DNA from: a virus | Strand: one strand, 5' to 3' | Length of the DNA stretch: 64,000 bases | IMG/VR virus record: IMGVR_UViG_3300021964_010186 | Location: 1 to 64,000 of that record | Shown here: positions 28,008 to 37,605 of the stretch, piece by piece | Numbering within the stretch: position 1 is the stretch's first letter | How the letters are laid out: each line of letters begins with the position of its first letter | Made by a program: the position numbers and the translations under genes | The notes under the pieces: model-generated | The model's input: only the letters and a program-made list of their open reading frames with translations | Told to the model about the DNA's origin: nothing | Database searches by the model: none

Positions 28008-28923
28008 GTCCCTGTCTCAATGAAAACTGTGGTTGATAATCTAGGAGATCCTTGGCCCTAGTTATGTCTAGTGTGCCCCTCATTGGATAAAGTTTCTGCA
28101 TTCCGATGTCCTTGATCTCAGAGTTACTGCCCGTGATGTCGATTATCGTCTCGGCGAGTGTCCTCAAACTGGTCGCGTTGCCCGCCGTTATGTTGAAACT
28201 GGTGTTTGCCACCTCAGAATTGGCCGCTTTGATTATGCCGTAGGCGGCATCCTGCCTGTAAGTGAAATCAACCTTGTTTTCACCGTTGTGTAAGGTTATC
28301 TGTTCGCCCTTCATCGCCTTCGCGAAAAACTTGGAAACAACCCTGTCTGGTAGATCTCCCGGACCATACACTCCACTGGGCCTCACTATCACGTAATTCA
28401 ACCCATCCCTCTGTGCGAACAACTTGGTCATCCTCTCTCCCGTCAGTTTGGCCTCACCATAGATGTTCGTGGGCTTGGTTGTGGAATCCTCCCGTGTACC
28501 ATCCTTAAAATCTCCATACACCATGCTACTGCTGATGTAAACAAATTTTTTTGTTCCAAATTTAGATGCGTGCCAGAGTAGATTGGTCGTTGTGTCTATC
28601 ACCTTTGGGATACCCAGCATCGGATTCTCGTCGACTATTTTTGCCCTCGGGTAAGTAGCAAGGTGTATCACTATGTCGGGTTTTGATCTGAATGCTCTCA
28701 GACAGATGTCTTTTTCTAGTATGTCTCCTTTTATTATGCTTACCTTTCCATTGTCCCAATTCCTGGTCCTCCAGGCTATCAATTTATTCAGGTCTATCGT
28801 CGAAATGATATCATACGTGTCTATGTTGTCAACACATATGACATTGTGTCCGTCATTAGTTAATTTTTCAATTATTTTACTTCCTATGAATCCTAACCCA
28901 CCTGTTATTAAATATTTCATCAA
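27961..28923 (-). CDS. NAD-dependent epimerase/dehydratase
   Basis: ITGGLGFIG, IHLA, ISSSMVYG, YGEAK, VYGPG. Confidence 0.92.
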   Translation of the reverse strand: MMKYLITGGLGFIGSKIIEKLTNDGHNVICVDNIDTYDIISTIDLNKLIAWRTRNWDNGKVSIIKGDILEKDICLRAFRSKPDIVIHLATYPRAKIVDENPMLGIPKVIDTTTNLLWHASKFGTKKFVYISSSMVYGDFKDGTREDSTTKPTNIYGEAKLTGERMTKLFAQRDGLNYVIVRPSGVYGPGDLPDRVVSKFFAKAMKGEQITLHNGENKVDFTYRQDAAYGIIKAANSEVANTSFNITAGNATSLRTLAETIIDITGSNSEIKDIGMQKLYPMRGTLDITRAKDLLDYQPQFSLRQGLESYYDWIRQYTGKI

Positions 28924-29069
28924 AATTCCTTCTTTATTCCCACTGTTGGATTTTCAATACAACTGTCTTTGATCTCTTTCATAGTCTCCTTGTTGAGATC
29001 CACATTACAGCTCGCATTGGGTTTGATCCCGCAACCTACCATCAATAATAACACAATTAGGTATCTCAT
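28920..29069 (-). CDS. 49-aa lipoprotein (below ORF-track cutoff)
   Basis: MRYLIVLLLMVGC-GIKPNASCNVDLNKETMKEIKDSCIENPTVGIKKEF*; lipobox-like MVG/C; overlaps both neighbouring genes. Confidence 0.65.
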   Translation of the reverse strand: MRYLIVLLLMVGCGIKPNASCNVDLNKETMKEIKDSCIENPTVGIKKEF

Positions 29070-30538
29070 CCTAGTACTTTGACTCCATAACGGTTGGTAA
29101 ATGCTCGACCATCCTCCCTGTCATTGACTATAGGTTGACCTTTAATGTTTAGACTGGTGTTTAGGAGTATGGGGCAACCCGTCTGTTTTTTCCATTCTGT
29201 GAGCAGTGCGTGGAACCCTGGATTGTCCGTCTTACGCACCGTTTGAACCCTACTTGTAGAATCATGGTGTATGATAGCAGGAAACTCTTTACCATGCGTA
29301 CACGCCGCTGTAAATTGCATATAAGGGGTGTTTTTGACTGCTTTAGGCAGGGTGAAATACTGGTCTACATCCTCCTCTAGTATGGCTGGTGCAAACGGTC
29401 TGAACTGCTGTCTCTTCTTGATGCTGTTTACCAAATCCTTGATGTCATCACCCCTTGGATCTGCTAGTAATGATCTATTACCAAGCGCCCTTGGTCCGAA
29501 CTCCGCCCTACCACTGGCCACTCCCACCATCCGGTTTTCCTTTAGTTCCTTGATCAGTGCGTCCACAGGATACTCTCCATCTATGTTGTGTCCCAGGAAT
29601 GGGTGTTGCCAGTTCAGTCTCTTCTGCTCATGCGCGGCTATACAGCCCAGGCTCGATCCCGCGTCTCCAGGGTTGGGTATGATCCAGATGCTGTCGAACA
29701 GTCCCATGTCGGCCAGCACACGATTGGCGGCGCAGTTGAGCGCGACCCCGCCAGCGTACACCAGGTTCCTACTACCGTACTTGGATGCCCTAGACCACAG
29801 GTCCGCGAGGCACTCCTCCGTGACTGCCTGTATCGAGGCCGCGATGTCCATGACATCTGCGTTTGGTTCCCAATCGCTCAATCCACGGTGTAGGTTCTGT
29901 TTGAGTTTGAAGGGGGATTGATGCACGAAGTCGTCGTAGATCTGTTGCTTGTACTTGGGCGTTCCATACGCGGCCATGCCCATCAGAATGTATTCTTCCT
30001 CCGCTGGCTTTAACCCACAACGATGTGTGAACGCGGAATACAGTATGCCTATGCTGTGTGGATACCTTATGGTCTCTTTCCTGTGTATCCAACATTTGTC
30101 GCCCACTGATATCGAAACCGTGTCCCACTCACCTATGGCGTCCACCGTCAGTATGGTGGCACCCTCGTCCACGAACGGAGACGTGAAGTAGCCCGCCGCC
30201 GCGTGTGAGTCGTGGTGCTTTACGTACTCGTCTATCTTTATACCGAAGTGGTCCAAGTGCCACTGTGGCATCTCGGTGTAGCTCAGCGCCAGCCCGTACT
30301 GTCCAGCGTAGAACTGTCGGGTCTTCTTGAGCAGTGGCTTCTCGTAGTACACCACCTTGTCGAAGGGACCAAAGGTGTAGGCCTCGTCCACTATCCGCTG
30401 GTTGAGGTAGTGATCGTTCTTGACCTTGCTGTAACGCTCCGCGTGTGCGGCCCACAGGATCTCACCTATGCCCGAGCCGTAGTCCACCACCGCCATGGCG
30501 GCATCGTGATTCATGCAGTTGATCCCTAGTATCCTCAT
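29066..30538 (-). CDS. O-carbamoyltransferase (NodU/CmcH/TobZ family)
   Basis: HDAA, ERYSKVK, HHDSHAA, DAIGE, MGMAAYG, GGVALNC, GDAG, EFGPRALGNRS, FRPFAP, LLNTSLN. Confidence 0.93.
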   Translation of the reverse strand: MRILGINCMNHDAAMAVVDYGSGIGEILWAAHAERYSKVKNDHYLNQRIVDEAYTFGPFDKVVYYEKPLLKKTRQFYAGQYGLALSYTEMPQWHLDHFGIKIDEYVKHHDSHAAAGYFTSPFVDEGATILTVDAIGEWDTVSISVGDKCWIHRKETIRYPHSIGILYSAFTHRCGLKPAEEEYILMGMAAYGTPKYKQQIYDDFVHQSPFKLKQNLHRGLSDWEPNADVMDIAASIQAVTEECLADLWSRASKYGSRNLVYAGGVALNCAANRVLADMGLFDSIWIIPNPGDAGSSLGCIAAHEQKRLNWQHPFLGHNIDGEYPVDALIKELKENRMVGVASGRAEFGPRALGNRSLLADPRGDDIKDLVNSIKKRQQFRPFAPAILEEDVDQYFTLPKAVKNTPYMQFTAACTHGKEFPAIIHHDSTSRVQTVRKTDNPGFHALLTEWKKQTGCPILLNTSLNIKGQPIVNDREDGRAFTNRYGVKVLG

Positions 30539-30948
30539 TTCCTATCTCTTATATCTTGCATTATTAGAAAGGCCCACATGTCTGCTTCTTTGTGTGTGAC
30601 TCTAAAATCGTATTTTTTAGGTTCCTCGAACATCTTGTTTGTATCATCGAACCTTCCTTCTTTGATCGTGTCCATCCATACAGTGTAGTCTGCCTTGAAC
30701 TGTGATCTGGTCTCTTCCGTTGGGCACACGAAATCCGCCACCACGTTCCTTCCCCTGTCTACCGCTTCTTCTGCCATGGTCCACATACGCAGTGATTGTC
30801 TACGCCTGCCTTTATCTGAGAAGTCCCAGTCATCACACTGCTTCCTCACCTCGTCAGCGTTCAACCAGACCGCATTCATCCTCTGTGAGATTATCCTCGC
30901 CAGCGTGGTCTTTCCAGAACCCGGTAGTCCCATTATCAGTATCTTCAT
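30535..30948 (-). CDS. Adenylylsulfate-kinase-like P-loop kinase
   Basis: MGLPGSGKTT, LNADEVR, WDFS..GR.RQ, ADFVCP, FEEP; start ATG 30948. Confidence 0.75.
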   Translation of the reverse strand: MKILIMGLPGSGKTTLARIISQRMNAVWLNADEVRKQCDDWDFSDKGRRRQSLRMWTMAEEAVDRGRNVVADFVCPTEETRSQFKADYTVWMDTIKEGRFDDTNKMFEEPKKYDFRVTHKEADMWAFLIMQDIRDRK

Positions 30949-31508
30949 GCCATCCTCAAAAATTTCTTGGTCCTGTTCAGGTACTCCCGCCACTGTTCCA
31001 GCGTGATGTCGTATTCGAAGTTCTGTGTGGTCTCATTCCGTCTCAGCAGTTTGGCACCGTTCTTGACGTGGAACCGTTCCGCCATCTCCGTGAGTGGAGA
31101 TAGTGTCACCAACCTGTCTATGTGGTGTTCACCCCTGTATTTCTTGTACACCTCGTTCAGTATGTGCTTGCCACCGCCCCGCTTACGTGCCCACACCGTG
31201 TAGGCCACCGCTATCCTGCCCACTATACTTGCCCTGTGGATCGCTTGGTTTGTGGCGTCCTGGCTCATGAGATCCATCTCCTCCACGGAGCGTGGCACCT
31301 CGTTGGTGAAGGCCAAACATATGATCGCGGCCGTGTCGCCCTCCTCATCCTTGAGTCCCAGCATCTTCCTGCCATGCGACCTACGGAACTCCACGGTGAG
31401 TTCGGGTCTAACCGGATCTTCTGAAACGTCTATATCATTCAACTCAACGAGATCAAATCGTGGATCTCGCTTGAACAGATCTTTGATTTTCTGTTTTATC
31501 TTTTCCAT
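30945..31508 (-). CDS. Hypothetical protein, possible GNAT-like fold
   Basis: AVAYTVWARKRGGGK (resembles the R/QxxGxG loop), VTLSP, FHVKNGA. Confidence 0.55.
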   Translation of the reverse strand: MEKIKQKIKDLFKRDPRFDLVELNDIDVSEDPVRPELTVEFRRSHGRKMLGLKDEEGDTAAIICLAFTNEVPRSVEEMDLMSQDATNQAIHRASIVGRIAVAYTVWARKRGGGKHILNEVYKKYRGEHHIDRLVTLSPLTEMAERFHVKNGAKLLRRNETTQNFEYDITLEQWREYLNRTKKFLRMA

Positions 31509-31511
31509 CTA

Positions 31512-31616
31512 TTACTTGTATATGAACGGGTCCTTCTTCTTGAGTTCCTTCAGTCTCTTCCTGTACTGTATCTCTTCTCTGATCTTGTACCAGAGACGTT
31601 TTATCCATCTTATCAT
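31512..31616 (-). CDS. 34-aa basic peptide ending DPFIYK (below ORF-track cutoff)
   Basis: MIRWIKRLWYKIREEIQYRKRLKELKKKDPFIYK*; AGGAG SD upstream; fills the gap exactly. Confidence 0.7.
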   Translation of the reverse strand: MIRWIKRLWYKIREEIQYRKRLKELKKKDPFIYK

Positions 31617-31626
31617 TTTTTCTCTC

Positions 31627-32412
31627 CTATATCAGTTTATTAAAGGTTGGTAACATCAATTGTACAGCATCCGCATGCGCTTGGTCAAGTGGATGTGTGG
31701 TGCCACGCGGGTAATCATTGAGCAGTGCCCATTGGTTAAAACCCATACAACGTTCGCCGAAGAAGAACCACTTGGAGAGATCCATCTCCGAGTGCAGGGC
31801 ATTCATGAAAGGATCCTTATTTTTGTGGTGGGTGAATTCTTGGTAAAAAAGACTGTTGTCCGCTAAGGTGAACATGTATGGAATATTCTTCTTCTCCAAG
31901 ATGTTCTGCAACCACGTGATGCTCTTCCAACTGAGGTATATCTCGTGGTATTGGCTGGCCGCGTATTTGTATATGGCCTCCGCAAAGTCTCGTACACCGG
32001 TTTCTTTAAAGAGTTCTTTCCTCACACGCCATTGCTCTTGCTGTGTCTCCGATCCCTGCATGGTCCTCAATGCCTCCTCGTTGCCGGCATTGGTGTCCCA
32101 TGGGGAGATGGATGCCCATCGGGTATCTTCCAGCACCTTGTGTCTGGGCATGGCCCAGTCATACCTGGAGAGGAGACTCCACATAACCACCACGCATTCC
32201 ACATCGGTGTTGTTGGCCACCGCGTTGAACACACGCCTCGCTATGGCTTGATTGCCCAGACCTCCAAACGCCGTGCACAGGTATTCGTGTCCTGATTCAC
32301 TGGAAAGTCCGTGCGCCCAGGTCTTCTTGGATGGTGTCTTTCCATCCACATCGTCGCTCAGCTCGTTGCCAAGTGTGAAACTGCATCCGCCCGCTATCAA
32401 TTTCTTAGTCAT
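31627..32412 (-). CDS. SGNH/GDSL-like protein
   Basis: AGGCSFT, GGLGN..I.RR, VMWS...R, TTHPL...H. Confidence 0.6.
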   Translation of the reverse strand: MTKKLIAGGCSFTLGNELSDDVDGKTPSKKTWAHGLSSESGHEYLCTAFGGLGNQAIARRVFNAVANNTDVECVVVMWSLLSRYDWAMPRHKVLEDTRWASISPWDTNAGNEEALRTMQGSETQQEQWRVRKELFKETGVRDFAEAIYKYAASQYHEIYLSWKSITWLQNILEKKNIPYMFTLADNSLFYQEFTHHKNKDPFMNALHSEMDLSKWFFFGERCMGFNQWALLNDYPRGTTHPLDQAHADAVQLMLPTFNKLI

Positions 32413-33571
32413 ATATCCTCAATACTTTATTTAAAAGAGGGAACACCTCACCAAAATTTTCCTTGCGGTACTGATCGGTCTGCAGGATCCTGGCCTTGCG
32501 TCGTTCTCGCATCTCGGCGGTGTCCCTGTCCGCGGCGTTCATGAACCTCAGCGTGGGCTGGAAGTCGGTCAGCATACTGTACCTGGAGTTGATGATGTTC
32601 TTGGCCTGCCGGGGCAGTGTCTGTACGTTGAAGTAGTCGGGGTCGAAGCAGGTGTTCACATAGAAGAACTTGGGCTGGAACTGTGCCACCCACAGGGCTA
32701 TCTTGGCCCAGTTGAAGACATTGAATATGGAAACTGTTGTGCAGATCTGGAAGTCCATGTTGGGGGTCCGTCTCTCCTTGAATTTGATCAGATTGGCATT
32801 GACTTGGCGCCAGTTGGCCGGGTGCCTCTGATACTCGAATGGCTCGCCCACGTCATCGATGCTGAACGCTATCTCCACGTGCTTGAAGTAACTCCATAGG
32901 TCAAATATCTCTATGGGAGGCAGTTGCGTGCCGTTGGTGTTGTAGTGTATGTCTATGTTCTTTGCATAGCCCTTCTCCACACAGTGCATTAATATCTTGA
33001 AATGGTCTTTTATCATGAACGGTTCGCCGCCTGTGAACTCGAAGTATTGCACGTGTTTTAGGTCTTCCTTGAGGTCCTCGAAGAACTTGGGATTGCGTTT
33101 CGGCCAGCCACCCTCACGTAAATTTTTAAGTGCGACTGGATTCTCTCCGTAGTCCAGTTCTTCCTGTGCCCACTTGCTGGAACTCCAGGAACCGCATATC
33201 CTACACTTGAGATTACACACGTTGCCCAACTTAAAGTCTATGAACTTCAGCGTTGGCTCGCTATCAGGTGTCCAATCCGTAAGACTTTTCTTCATTTTGT
33301 AAATCGAGTTCTGTCGCTTGGAAGTCTTGCCCGCATCTTCTTCCTGCCAACAGCTCTGGCAACCTTTTGGTCTTTCACCATTACGGAACTGTTCTCTCAG
33401 TTTCTCCATGTATTCTGTGTGCTGTATGGATTTAAGACTCTGGTTGTATACTTTCACCTCGGGCACACTTCCTTTATATAGACAGCAGGGTGATGCACCA
33501 CCGTTCACATCAACTTCTAGATGTGTCCATGGCAAAGGACACATGTTTGATTTTATATACTTGTCCACCAC
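32405..33571 (-). CDS. Radical SAM protein, N-terminal twitch-like domain
   Basis: CPLPW..PCC..GCQSC; NVCNLKCRIC; FTGGEP; NTNGT. Confidence 0.9.
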   Translation of the reverse strand: MVDKYIKSNMCPLPWTHLEVDVNGGASPCCLYKGSVPEVKVYNQSLKSIQHTEYMEKLREQFRNGERPKGCQSCWQEEDAGKTSKRQNSIYKMKKSLTDWTPDSEPTLKFIDFKLGNVCNLKCRICGSWSSSKWAQEELDYGENPVALKNLREGGWPKRNPKFFEDLKEDLKHVQYFEFTGGEPFMIKDHFKILMHCVEKGYAKNIDIHYNTNGTQLPPIEIFDLWSYFKHVEIAFSIDDVGEPFEYQRHPANWRQVNANLIKFKERRTPNMDFQICTTVSIFNVFNWAKIALWVAQFQPKFFYVNTCFDPDYFNVQTLPRQAKNIINSRYSMLTDFQPTLRFMNAADRDTAEMRERRKARILQTDQYRKENFGEVFPLLNKVLRIYD

Positions 33572-34887
33572 TCTAATGCTTTCTTGTTTTTTGCTAAGAT
33601 TTTTTTGATATCTGTGCCACGGATACTATCTAGTCTCTCTATTTCCGCTTTGCCATCCTTCTGACCTTTTCTGTACAACTCTTCATCGTAAACTAACTCG
33701 TTGTTCCTTTTTTGTTTCTGCATTTCGTCTAACTGCGAAAAGAAATTGTTTAATTTTTTGTTTTTGTATTTGATTGTCTTTTCTCTAACATCATCTATTA
33801 TCTCAGTCATAATGTCATAAGGCATGAACAAAGGTGCCATAGCATTGTTATGGGAGAAGTTAAAAACTTGTTTAGTCAACAACTCGATGTTCAGCTCATT
33901 ACTTAACAGCACCATATTTTCCAAATCAAACAATCCCGGTAATGTAATAGTTAGGTCCAACTGCAGTCTTTGATTTTGCTCTTTTACGAATTTTAGTCCA
34001 TACTTTATATTTGTTAACCATTCATCATACTTTAGACCAGTTCTTATGTACTCCCCAATTTCCCCGGTACCATCTATTGAAGCACAAATTTGCCAATTAG
34101 GAAAGTACCTTAATATGTCGTCAAACAAGTTGTATTTGTAGAAATTTATCCTACTCATATTAGAATTGTACCTTGCTAATACTTTATCTTGGTAGCCAAG
34201 TTCTACAATCCTTTTCATCGCTTCCCAGTGTATCTTCCACATCAGAGGTTCTCCCCCACACCAGTATAGTTCGGTTATACGTTTTTGTTCAACCGCTTCT
34301 GTGAATTCCTTCACTACTTGCTGATCATGGAATAGTTCTAACTGTGCTTTGATGTCTTTCCTGCCCCATATCCTATATCGTTCGTAATCGCCCTTACCGT
34401 GTTTCTTATTCTCAGTTTCCCATGTACTACTCAGCATATCTCCACACATCCTACAACTAAAATTGCACAGATTAGAAAACCTATAATCAAAACTTTGTGT
34501 CTTCATTGTGGTGGCACCTGTTTCATCTGTGCTGTTGTACGCTTGTTCTATGTTGTTCCTATACAACCAATTAAAGTGTTGTCTGTACACCTGTTCATTT
34601 AACAATTTGTGATTGCACACAGTACACTGAGGGATTTCCTCACCTGCTAATAACTTTAACCGCACAGACTTCATATAGTCAGAATTCCAGTGCTGTTCTA
34701 ATGTGGTTAGATTCAATTTGTCATTATTACCTTTTGGGTCTATAGTGTCTATGTACTGTTTGAAGTTTTCGCTTGATTCTCTAGAACTACAACACAACCT
34801 TCGTTCCATCTGTGGCGACAGGTAAGTGTGCGTCCATGGTGCCATGCAGAATGTCTTGTTGCCCTCGTTAGGTTTAATTCTTTTCAT
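33553..34887 (-). CDS. Radical SAM protein, N-terminal twitch-like domain
   Basis: FCMAPW..LCC..CTVC; NLCNFSCRMC; CGGEP. Confidence 0.9.
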   Translation of the reverse strand: MKRIKPNEGNKTFCMAPWTHTYLSPQMERRLCCSSRESSENFKQYIDTIDPKGNNDKLNLTTLEQHWNSDYMKSVRLKLLAGEEIPQCTVCNHKLLNEQVYRQHFNWLYRNNIEQAYNSTDETGATTMKTQSFDYRFSNLCNFSCRMCGDMLSSTWETENKKHGKGDYERYRIWGRKDIKAQLELFHDQQVVKEFTEAVEQKRITELYWCGGEPLMWKIHWEAMKRIVELGYQDKVLARYNSNMSRINFYKYNLFDDILRYFPNWQICASIDGTGEIGEYIRTGLKYDEWLTNIKYGLKFVKEQNQRLQLDLTITLPGLFDLENMVLLSNELNIELLTKQVFNFSHNNAMAPLFMPYDIMTEIIDDVREKTIKYKNKKLNNFFSQLDEMQKQKRNNELVYDEELYRKGQKDGKAEIERLDSIRGTDIKKILAKNKKALEWWTSI

Positions 34888-36157
34888 ACAACTCCTGTAA
34901 TTCAGGAAACACCGTGAGCATGTCTTCGTCTCTAATCAAGTCTAATTTTTTCATTATGTCTTTGAACTGTCCTAAATCCTTGCTGTTGTTCCTCCTCATC
35001 ATGTAATCCAGACCTGATTCATAACCTTTTGTGGCCCTGGTCAGATGATCTAACGGTTTTAACCATTCAAGATGTTTCTCATATTTTTCTTTTACTTTCT
35101 GTTTGTATGATTCCGGCAATAGATCGATCCTCTGCGGGTATGGAAACTGTAACAGATTGAAATTGAAGTCCTGTGGTTTCAGTAATCCTTGATCTACCCA
35201 GTTCCTGTGGAAGTCTGGTATGTGTAGCGCATTAATCAAACCCACCGTTGAACTGATATAGAAATCCACTTGCGGACAAACCTGTAACATGCGTCGCCTA
35301 TTAGCCACAACTTCTTCCCATACGGTACCTTTACGCATAAGTTCACCTCGCTTACCTTCCGCATCGAGACTGGCGCCTATTGAAACCGAATCAAATTTGT
35401 TCCAAAGTTCGAGTATGTCTATGTCTTTAAATCTCGTCTTGGTGAAATTGGTATTATATATCAATCTGACATGATACATCTTTCGCCTGTCTAATTCCTT
35501 CAATATCCTGTAGTGCTCTTCCATTATAATGGGCTCCCCACCTGCGAAATAGAACTGTTCCACATGATCGAACTGATCCAACATCTGTGTCCATATGTCA
35601 TCACTGCTTCTACCTACACGCATGACCTTTGCGTGATTAGGTGGTAATCCTGTAAGTTTCTTGTGATCCTCATACCAATTGGAACTGAACCAAGTGCCAC
35701 AACTCCGGCAGGCCAGATTACACAGGTTGCTGAACCTTATGTCCCAATACTTGATCACAAAGTCAGCCGTGCCATCTGGCTGAGTATTATCTACCATTCC
35801 TATGTTGTGTCCAAAATGTTTGTTTGAACTCAATCTCAAACTGAAGAATCCTGATTGTTCCTGATCATAGCATTTGGTACATTGTTTGCTGGTTTTGTTT
35901 GCCAACATATTGTTTCTGATACCTTTCATTGTATCGTTATTGAACACTTCCACCATGGAATTCTTGTTCAGATCGCCGACTGGATACTTGTCTAAAGCAA
36001 AGCAACAAGGATAGGCCCTACCATCGGGGAAAGCATGTATATGCAACCATGGCATCATACAGAAGGTATCACTGTCTATAAGCAATTCTTTTTGCCTATC
36101 TGTCATGTCCTTGATCTTTAGTTTCTCGGGTTCTTTAGCTCCGTAATCATATGTCAC
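34874..36157 (-). CDS. Radical SAM protein, N-terminal twitch-like domain
   Basis: FCMMPW..PCC..CTKC; NLCNLACRSC; FAGGEP. Confidence 0.9.
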   Translation of the reverse strand: MTYDYGAKEPEKLKIKDMTDRQKELLIDSDTFCMMPWLHIHAFPDGRAYPCCFALDKYPVGDLNKNSMVEVFNNDTMKGIRNNMLANKTSKQCTKCYDQEQSGFFSLRLSSNKHFGHNIGMVDNTQPDGTADFVIKYWDIRFSNLCNLACRSCGTWFSSNWYEDHKKLTGLPPNHAKVMRVGRSSDDIWTQMLDQFDHVEQFYFAGGEPIIMEEHYRILKELDRRKMYHVRLIYNTNFTKTRFKDIDILELWNKFDSVSIGASLDAEGKRGELMRKGTVWEEVVANRRRMLQVCPQVDFYISSTVGLINALHIPDFHRNWVDQGLLKPQDFNFNLLQFPYPQRIDLLPESYKQKVKEKYEKHLEWLKPLDHLTRATKGYESGLDYMMRRNNSKDLGQFKDIMKKLDLIRDEDMLTVFPELQELYEKN

Positions 36158-37490
36158 GATACCATTCTCCTATAATCGGAAAGGTCTTCTCAAAATCCTT
36201 TCCACTGCGTTTGTCATACTGACTGTAGAATGCTTTGAAATCTTGTTGTAGTTTGTCCTGTGTGGCCGCACCCACATGTGGTGTTTTCACCACGTCCAAG
36301 TAATCGATTAATCTCTGTGTATGATCTATTTCCATGGGGTGTAACCATTTCTCATTACTAGTTAAGAACTTTTCTAATCCTCCTTTAAATTTGTTCCTTA
36401 GTTCATCTGGTAGCACTAGTGGTGATTGGAAACTTGGAAATCTCAATATGTTCAAAGTGAAGTTGATCGACGGTCCATACACCTTGCCTGCATTTTTCAA
36501 CCAGACTATCTTTTCGAGAAATTCTGGCAGTGATTCTAAACACAACGCATTGATGGTCGACATATTGTGTATCTCTGACGGTATCTTATCCACCATCATG
36601 TGTAAAACACGACTGAACCAGTCACCGTAGTCGAGACCGTCCCTTATGTATTCCGCTTGAGAGAATGTTGCTTCACAACTTGTGTACAGATGAAAGTTTT
36701 TGAATCCTTTTAATTTACGTTTGAACCTATCAATTATACTATCCTTGGCTCCGAGGTTTGAATTAATTGCTATATTCATATTCGGATTCATTTTATCACC
36801 TTGTGTTTCTATCCAGTCCAATAACCTCCATAGGTTTGGAGACATCATTGGTTCTCCTCCCGTGATTCTCAATTCATTTAGTGTCTTATGCAAATCAGAT
36901 TCCCACCATCTGTAAAATGCTTCCACGTAGGGATTGGTTTCATCTTTCTTGTAGGGCTCTGCACTGTTGTGTGGATGAGTAAAATGATTTCGGCCATCGG
37001 ATTTCAATCCAGTGTATGGCCCTTTTTGCTTGATGTTATTTGCCCAGGTTGAACTAAACGCAGGATTACAATATGTACAAGCAAAATTACACGTTCTATC
37101 AAATGCTATCTCCAGTGTTTTTAAATTCACATCTTCGTTGTGATCTAATTTGTAAGCCGTGTCTAGCTCGTTGTTAGTGAATATCTTTGATTTGTACACC
37201 CTGTCACTGATATTATCCCTGTGTATGTCCTCAATCTTCCAACAATATTCACAGCCTGCCGGTCTTTCACCATTCTGCATTTGCCTACGTTGTTCTTTCT
37301 TCTGTGGTGTGTTGTGCAGAAGTTTTGGATTGGACTGAACGGCAATAGGATCAACCTTGTGTGGCAACGGATGGTGACAGCTCGTGGTCATCCCCGAGCC
37401 CAACCATATTGTGGCGTTGTACCACTTGGCCCCACAGAAACTTGCTGACTTTGTATCTAATATCTTTTTCTTATATTCGAGATCGTCCAT
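36147..37490 (-). CDS. Radical SAM protein, N-terminal twitch-like domain (AKW subtype)
   Basis: FCGAKW..SCHHP..GCEYC; TCNFACTYC; ITGGEP. Confidence 0.9.
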   Translation of the reverse strand: MDDLEYKKKILDTKSASFCGAKWYNATIWLGSGMTTSCHHPLPHKVDPIAVQSNPKLLHNTPQKKEQRRQMQNGERPAGCEYCWKIEDIHRDNISDRVYKSKIFTNNELDTAYKLDHNEDVNLKTLEIAFDRTCNFACTYCNPAFSSTWANNIKQKGPYTGLKSDGRNHFTHPHNSAEPYKKDETNPYVEAFYRWWESDLHKTLNELRITGGEPMMSPNLWRLLDWIETQGDKMNPNMNIAINSNLGAKDSIIDRFKRKLKGFKNFHLYTSCEATFSQAEYIRDGLDYGDWFSRVLHMMVDKIPSEIHNMSTINALCLESLPEFLEKIVWLKNAGKVYGPSINFTLNILRFPSFQSPLVLPDELRNKFKGGLEKFLTSNEKWLHPMEIDHTQRLIDYLDVVKTPHVGAATQDKLQQDFKAFYSQYDKRSGKDFEKTFPIIGEWYRDI

Positions 37491-37605
37491 CTTTCCCCTT
37501 GAAATAATCTTTCAGTTTATTGTATTCGTGTTCCGGACAGAGCGTGTCACTCTCGAACATCACGTCCTTGACCCAGTGATAATGTGCTATCGTCTTCTTG
37601 CTCAT
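37471..37605 (-). CDS. 44-aa hypothetical protein
   Basis: MSKKTIAHYHWVKD...; ATGA-coupled to the upstream gene. Confidence 0.5.
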   Translation of the reverse strand: MSKKTIAHYHWVKDVMFESDTLCPEHEYNKLKDYFKGKDGRSRI

